Shown here: piece by piece, positions 13,862 through 17,365 of the stretch
How the letters are laid out: each line of letters starts with the position of its first letter
Position numbering within the stretch: position 1 is the first letter of the stretch
NCBI GenBank assembly: GCA_048939245.1
Contig: JBHLPR010000049.1
Span: 1 to 17,365 of the forward strand
Length of the DNA stretch: 17,365 nucleotides
Source of the DNA: Promethearchaeota archaeon
GTDB taxonomy: Archaea > Asgardarchaeota > Hermodarchaeia > Hermodarchaeales > Hermodarchaeaceae
Direction: 5' to 3'
Position numbers and translations under genes: made by a program
The notes under the pieces: generated by a model
Database searches by the model: none
What the model was told of the DNA's origin: nothing
What the model saw: only the letters and a program-made list of their open reading frames with translations

Positions 13862-16108
13862 ATGAACCGAAATATTTGGAAAATCAGTCTCTTAATAATT
13901 AGTCTACTAGTATTTCAATTCGGGATTCCCCCACAGCTTGTACAAGAACAACCAACATCACCTTCAGTGGCTGCAGTTCCAGCTCCAATTAACGGCATAA
14001 CAACAGTTGTCATCAATGACACCGAACCTCAAGAGAGCTTCGAAGTTCAGATAATTGAACCTGGAATTTACCGATTTAACATCTCTTACTTCGTTGTTAA
14101 CGCAACCCCTGGAGGGGTGGATATCGACACTGATTGGTATCAGACCCAGAATATGTGGTTCCCCATTGCGGGCACATACTTCCAGACACTAGATAACTTC
14201 AATTCATATGATTTCAATAACCGACACGAAAATGACACCGGTTCTTTTGACATGGACCTTCTCTGTTTACGCCAAGGTTACATTCGAATTGATTTCGCAT
14301 TAACAAGCTATTCTACCGGAGACCAAGTCACAGGGAACCTTACAGTCGAACAGCTTTTGCTGTTTGGCGCATTACCTGATGCAATGCCAATGGGCCAAAA
14401 TACAACCCTTGAATGGACAACGGATCACACCTGGCAAGGATTCCGATTACATCTGCCAGAAAATAACTTCTATAATTTCACAGCGTATGGAAGCCTTAAC
14501 TGGAGTACAACGGCTGGATGGGGTGGCGATGCTACCTATCATCCATTAGATGGCGTAATGCTCATCGACCTCAATTACGGAGAATATATGCCCTACCAAT
14601 ATTGGGATCCTGTTTATGATGTCCCAACAGGAGCCAATGAAAGTAGCGATATTTGGGGACCGTATAAGAACGAAGAAGTCTTGGTCGGAGGCGTGTATTA
14701 TGTTCTAGCGCTTAGCGACGAATTTGAAATTCTAAACGATTCGTTAACCACATTCACCATGAATGTGAATCCCGTACCCACCACGCCTTTGATTCCTGGT
14801 GTACCATTGCCACTTCAATTTAATACAACTCCAAATGTCCTTGATGCCTTTATTTCAGTGACCATTCCTGAAGGACATTACTTTGACGCCTACTTCTCCA
14901 ATCCATCTGGAATCAATTGGTCAGTTTCAACCTATGATGCATGGGATGGTGGCTATTGCGGACCGTACTATGAGATTTACGAAGATCCGAGTGTTAATTA
15001 TACACTCCATGATACCCTCGAACATGGCTATGTTTCTGGTGAGAGCATGGGCTATCCAGCACCCGGAGTTCTCTATAACATGTATACAGAGTACTATTTT
15101 GCATATGCAACATATGCAACTTACACCAATGGATCTATCACAGGGGCAGTTCCACCCTTCGGACCAGGAGCTTCGAGTCGATTCACTACCTTCTACATGT
15201 ACGTACAAGCGAACGCAATCAGTGATCCTCACAGTCAAACATTCAACATTACTGCAAATGTTGATATCACACCCTTCCCTGAATTAACGGAAACTGTGTA
15301 CACTGTTGATTTTAACAGTACGATTGGTCCTTTCTACCATTGCTTCGCTCTACCACAAGTCAGTGGAGGGATCTATTCAGTTAGTGCCCTTGCTACAGAA
15401 TATACAGCTACAGGTACTGTGGCAGTCTACGACTATCCTCAAACCGAAGCATTCCGAGATTGGCAGTTCATGAGCTTCATAGGACCACCACTCGGCTATG
15501 GAGATCCTGCAAGTGGAAACGGTTATTCCGAGAACACCAACGATACTGCCATGCTGAAGTATGTCTCGGTACGTGATGTCATCAACTATCTACAGGTTCA
15601 AGGCCCCGGAATAGTCGGCGGTGACATGACTGAGGCTAATGTAAGCCTTACCATCACAGCCCCAATACCCTACCCATTAGGCACCGTTGCTACAGCGAAC
15701 CTTGACCCCGAGGAATTTACCACCTACACTTTCGATGTTCTTGCTGGTACCACATACCTTCTTAGTATGGAACTGAACCCCGCCGGTTTGGTTGCATACG
15801 GATACTTCATAAATATTGTTGGAGAAAGTCCATTCATCATTGGGACCTTTTACAACATCCTTATCGGCGTCAGCCCTTCATTACCATTTAGTATGACATA
15901 TCAAGGAACTTTTACCGCTCGTTATACGGGACGAGTTACCTTTGCCATCGTTGGTGATGGCGTGGTCGATTTCATTATTGGACCTGCACAAACTCCAATC
16001 TCCCTTCCCATAATTGCAGCTTTCATTGCTGTTTCAGTTATCATGCTTGTGATTGGACTTTTCGTAGGTTATCTAATTTGGAAACGTCGGGCTTTCACAC
16101 GTAGCTAA
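13862..16108 (+). CDS. large cell-surface glycoprotein (multi beta-sandwich, S-layer- or adhesin-like) with signal peptide and C-terminal TM anchor
   Basis: MNRNIWK plus hydrophobic signal (GTG 13847 is an alternative start). Thr/Tyr/Gly/Pro-rich acidic ectodomain, about 18 N-x-S/T sequons, C-terminal TM plus KRR. Confidence 0.85.
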   Translation: MNRNIWKISLLIISLLVFQFGIPPQLVQEQPTSPSVAAVPAPINGITTVVINDTEPQESFEVQIIEPGIYRFNISYFVVNATPGGVDIDTDWYQTQNMWFPIAGTYFQTLDNFNSYDFNNRHENDTGSFDMDLLCLRQGYIRIDFALTSYSTGDQVTGNLTVEQLLLFGALPDAMPMGQNTTLEWTTDHTWQGFRLHLPENNFYNFTAYGSLNWSTTAGWGGDATYHPLDGVMLIDLNYGEYMPYQYWDPVYDVPTGANESSDIWGPYKNEEVLVGGVYYVLALSDEFEILNDSLTTFTMNVNPVPTTPLIPGVPLPLQFNTTPNVLDAFISVTIPEGHYFDAYFSNPSGINWSVSTYDAWDGGYCGPYYEIYEDPSVNYTLHDTLEHGYVSGESMGYPAPGVLYNMYTEYYFAYATYATYTNGSITGAVPPFGPGASSRFTTFYMYVQANAISDPHSQTFNITANVDITPFPELTETVYTVDFNSTIGPFYHCFALPQVSGGIYSVSALATEYTATGTVAVYDYPQTEAFRDWQFMSFIGPPLGYGDPASGNGYSENTNDTAMLKYVSVRDVINYLQVQGPGIVGGDMTEANVSLTITAPIPYPLGTVATANLDPEEFTTYTFDVLAGTTYLLSMELNPAGLVAYGYFINIVGESPFIIGTFYNILIGVSPSLPFSMTYQGTFTARYTGRVTFAIVGDGVVDFIIGPAQTPISLPIIAAFIAVSVIMLVIGLFVGYLIWKRRAFTRS

Positions 16109-16127
16109 GCCAGCACTCCATAAATCA

Positions 16128-16168
16128 GGGGCGTTCCCTTAACTAACGCCCCCTTCTTCTCTTTTTTT
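16128..16168 (+). terminator. stem-loop with T-rich tail after the surface protein gene
   Basis: ggggcgtt (16128-16135) pairs with aacgcccc (16145-16152) around a 9-nt loop, followed by cttcttctcttttttt. Confidence 0.75.
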
Positions 16169-16231
16169 CACCTTGAAGTAATCGAATGAACTTTGGATTA
16201 TTTAAGCATCTTATGGTGAAAAGTGCAGGAT

Positions 16232-16567
16232 ATGTCCTTCAAAGAACCAGATTATGAAGCCGTATGACACGATCGGAACCTTTGGTATATTGGACTTTTC
16301 TATGCGGCTCAAGGCGCCGTCTTTAGCGCACTGGTATTTCTCCCAGAGTACCTACGTTTCCTCGGAGTTAATACCTTCTGGAGCATTGTTAGGCAAGCAG
16401 TGATTCTCCTCCCCTGGTATCTGAAAATCATCTTTGGTATCCTCTCAGACAATGTTCCACTCCGGAGCTGAGACCGCAGAAAACCATATATCTTCCTAGC
16501 GGCAGCCTTTGGCCTCATTGGATGGCTTACCATACCCGTATATAATCTCACTACGTATAATTTTTGA
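16232..16567 (+). pseudogene. truncated MFS transporter pseudogene (AmpG/BT1-like)
   Basis: MSFKEPDYEAV*HDRNLWYIGLFYAAQG...LLPWYLKIIFGILSDNVPLRS*DRRKPYI...*. The YxxQG, PWxxK and SD..P....RRKPY motifs are retained; in-frame TGA at 16265, 16469 and 16565. Only about the first three TMs are present. Confidence 0.8.
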
Positions 16568-16694
16568 ATACCTGTAAGGATGGTGTCTAAATATGTTACA
16601 GATTTCAGACCAGAAATCTTTGGGAGTGAAAATTTATCATTATCATCATCCGATGTGTTCCCAGTAAACACGTGAACGATTAATACAGGTGTAC

Positions 16695-17365
16695 ATGATG
16701 AGTATCAGTGATAGCCTTCGCGAACTCCCTTCAGCTGCATGGAAGGCTTTGAAAGACTATTTTGCAGGATTACGCCTGTTTTTCAATCGAGAGAATTGGA
16801 GCCATAGTGTCACCTTTATTATCACATTAGGCATCTTCATTGTTTTAGCCCTCATTCAACAGCCCCTCCGCGTTATAACCTGGGAGCCTGTGACAGGAGT
16901 CAGCCAAGGAGTTGTCAATTCGGTCAGGGTGATGGTGTTTGGAGGTTGCGGAGCCTTTGTCGGGTTTCTTCTCCTTGCATTGATTGCGATTTCTAAAAAA
17001 GGCCAGCATCTTCTTTTTCAATCCTGGTTTCGGCACGCCAGCTCTCCGCTAATGATAATCGGCTGGGCGTTGGTATTCATATTTCTCTTACCCCCCATAT
17101 TCATCCATTATCCGAATTTCATGTTCGCCATATTTGGCCCCAATGGTTTATTCTTCACCGTATTCACCTGGTCTTGGATCATCATCATCTTTCTGCAAGT
17201 AATCCTCTTAGGCTATACCATCGTAAAAAGCACCAAATGGCTCATAGAATACGCAGGAATTCCAACAAGCCAGCCCTCAACAAGAAAATACTGGGCTGCG
17301 CTCATCCTCCTTCTTATACTGATTCCTATTGCCATTATCGCATGGTATCCGATTATCCTTGCTAT
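16695..17365 (+). CDS. polytopic membrane protein, 3'-truncated by the window end (absent from the ORF track)
   Basis: ATG 16695 follows aggtgt and the frame is open to the end: MMSISDSLRELPSAAWKALKDYFAGLRLFF...YWAALILLLILIPIAIIAWYPIILA, with at least 5 hydrophobic segments. Confidence 0.85.
   Translation, partial: MMSISDSLRELPSAAWKALKDYFAGLRLFFNRENWSHSVTFIITLGIFIVLALIQQPLRVITWEPVTGVSQGVVNSVRVMVFGGCGAFVGFLLLALIAISKKGQHLLFQSWFRHASSPLMIIGWALVFIFLLPPIFIHYPNFMFAIFGPNGLFFTVFTWSWIIIIFLQVILLGYTIVKSTKWLIEYAGIPTSQPSTRKYWAALILLLILIPIAIIAWYPIILA

Noticed and set aside
16232-16567. Stop-codon reassignment or selenocysteine/pyrrolysine readthrough, suggested by in-frame TGA here and TAG at 13463 and 13687
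   Set aside because: Intact genes in the window end at TGA (7554, 9325, 11162) and TAG (781, 5985). The affected genes are also truncated or frameshifted, so simple decay explains them.
1-17365. CRISPR array, IS element, integrase, rRNA
   Set aside because: No regularly spaced repeats, transposase or recombinase motifs, or rRNA-like sequence were seen on either strand.

Overview
A 17.4-kb accessory-type prokaryotic region, most likely archaeal and possibly Asgard. This is inferred from GGTGA/GAGGT-type Shine-Dalgarno motifs, BRE/TATA-like boxes, N-sequon-rich surface proteins with a C-terminal TM helix and basic tail, and a triple zinc-ribbon protein; no marker gene is present to prove it. 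The left third is a loose DNA-damage cluster: the 3' end of a probable HTH regulator, a SplB/COG1533-like radical SAM protein with an apparent PolX-type 8-kDa helical C-terminal domain, a DUF3795 Cys-rich protein and an AlkD-like HEAT-repeat glycosylase. The middle holds a membrane protein with a PH-like domain, a membrane-anchored MBL-fold hydrolase, a DHA3/MefA-like MFS exporter, and a GRAM/GLUE-like PH-domain plus three-zinc-ribbon protein. The right half is cell-surface genes mixed with gene debris: a secreted metzincin-like protease with unusual ligands, an exported BPL_N (GATase-fold) protein with a decayed tandem paralog, a 750-aa surface glycoprotein, remnants of a PD-(D/E)XK nuclease and an AmpG/BT1-like MFS, and a polytopic membrane protein running off the right end. 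No rRNA, tRNA, CRISPR array or transposase was seen. The best leads are the radical SAM-PolX-domain fusion near AlkD, the GLUE/GRAM-like zinc-ribbon protein, the variant metzincin and two structured non-coding elements. All family calls come from motif recognition by eye, not from database searches.
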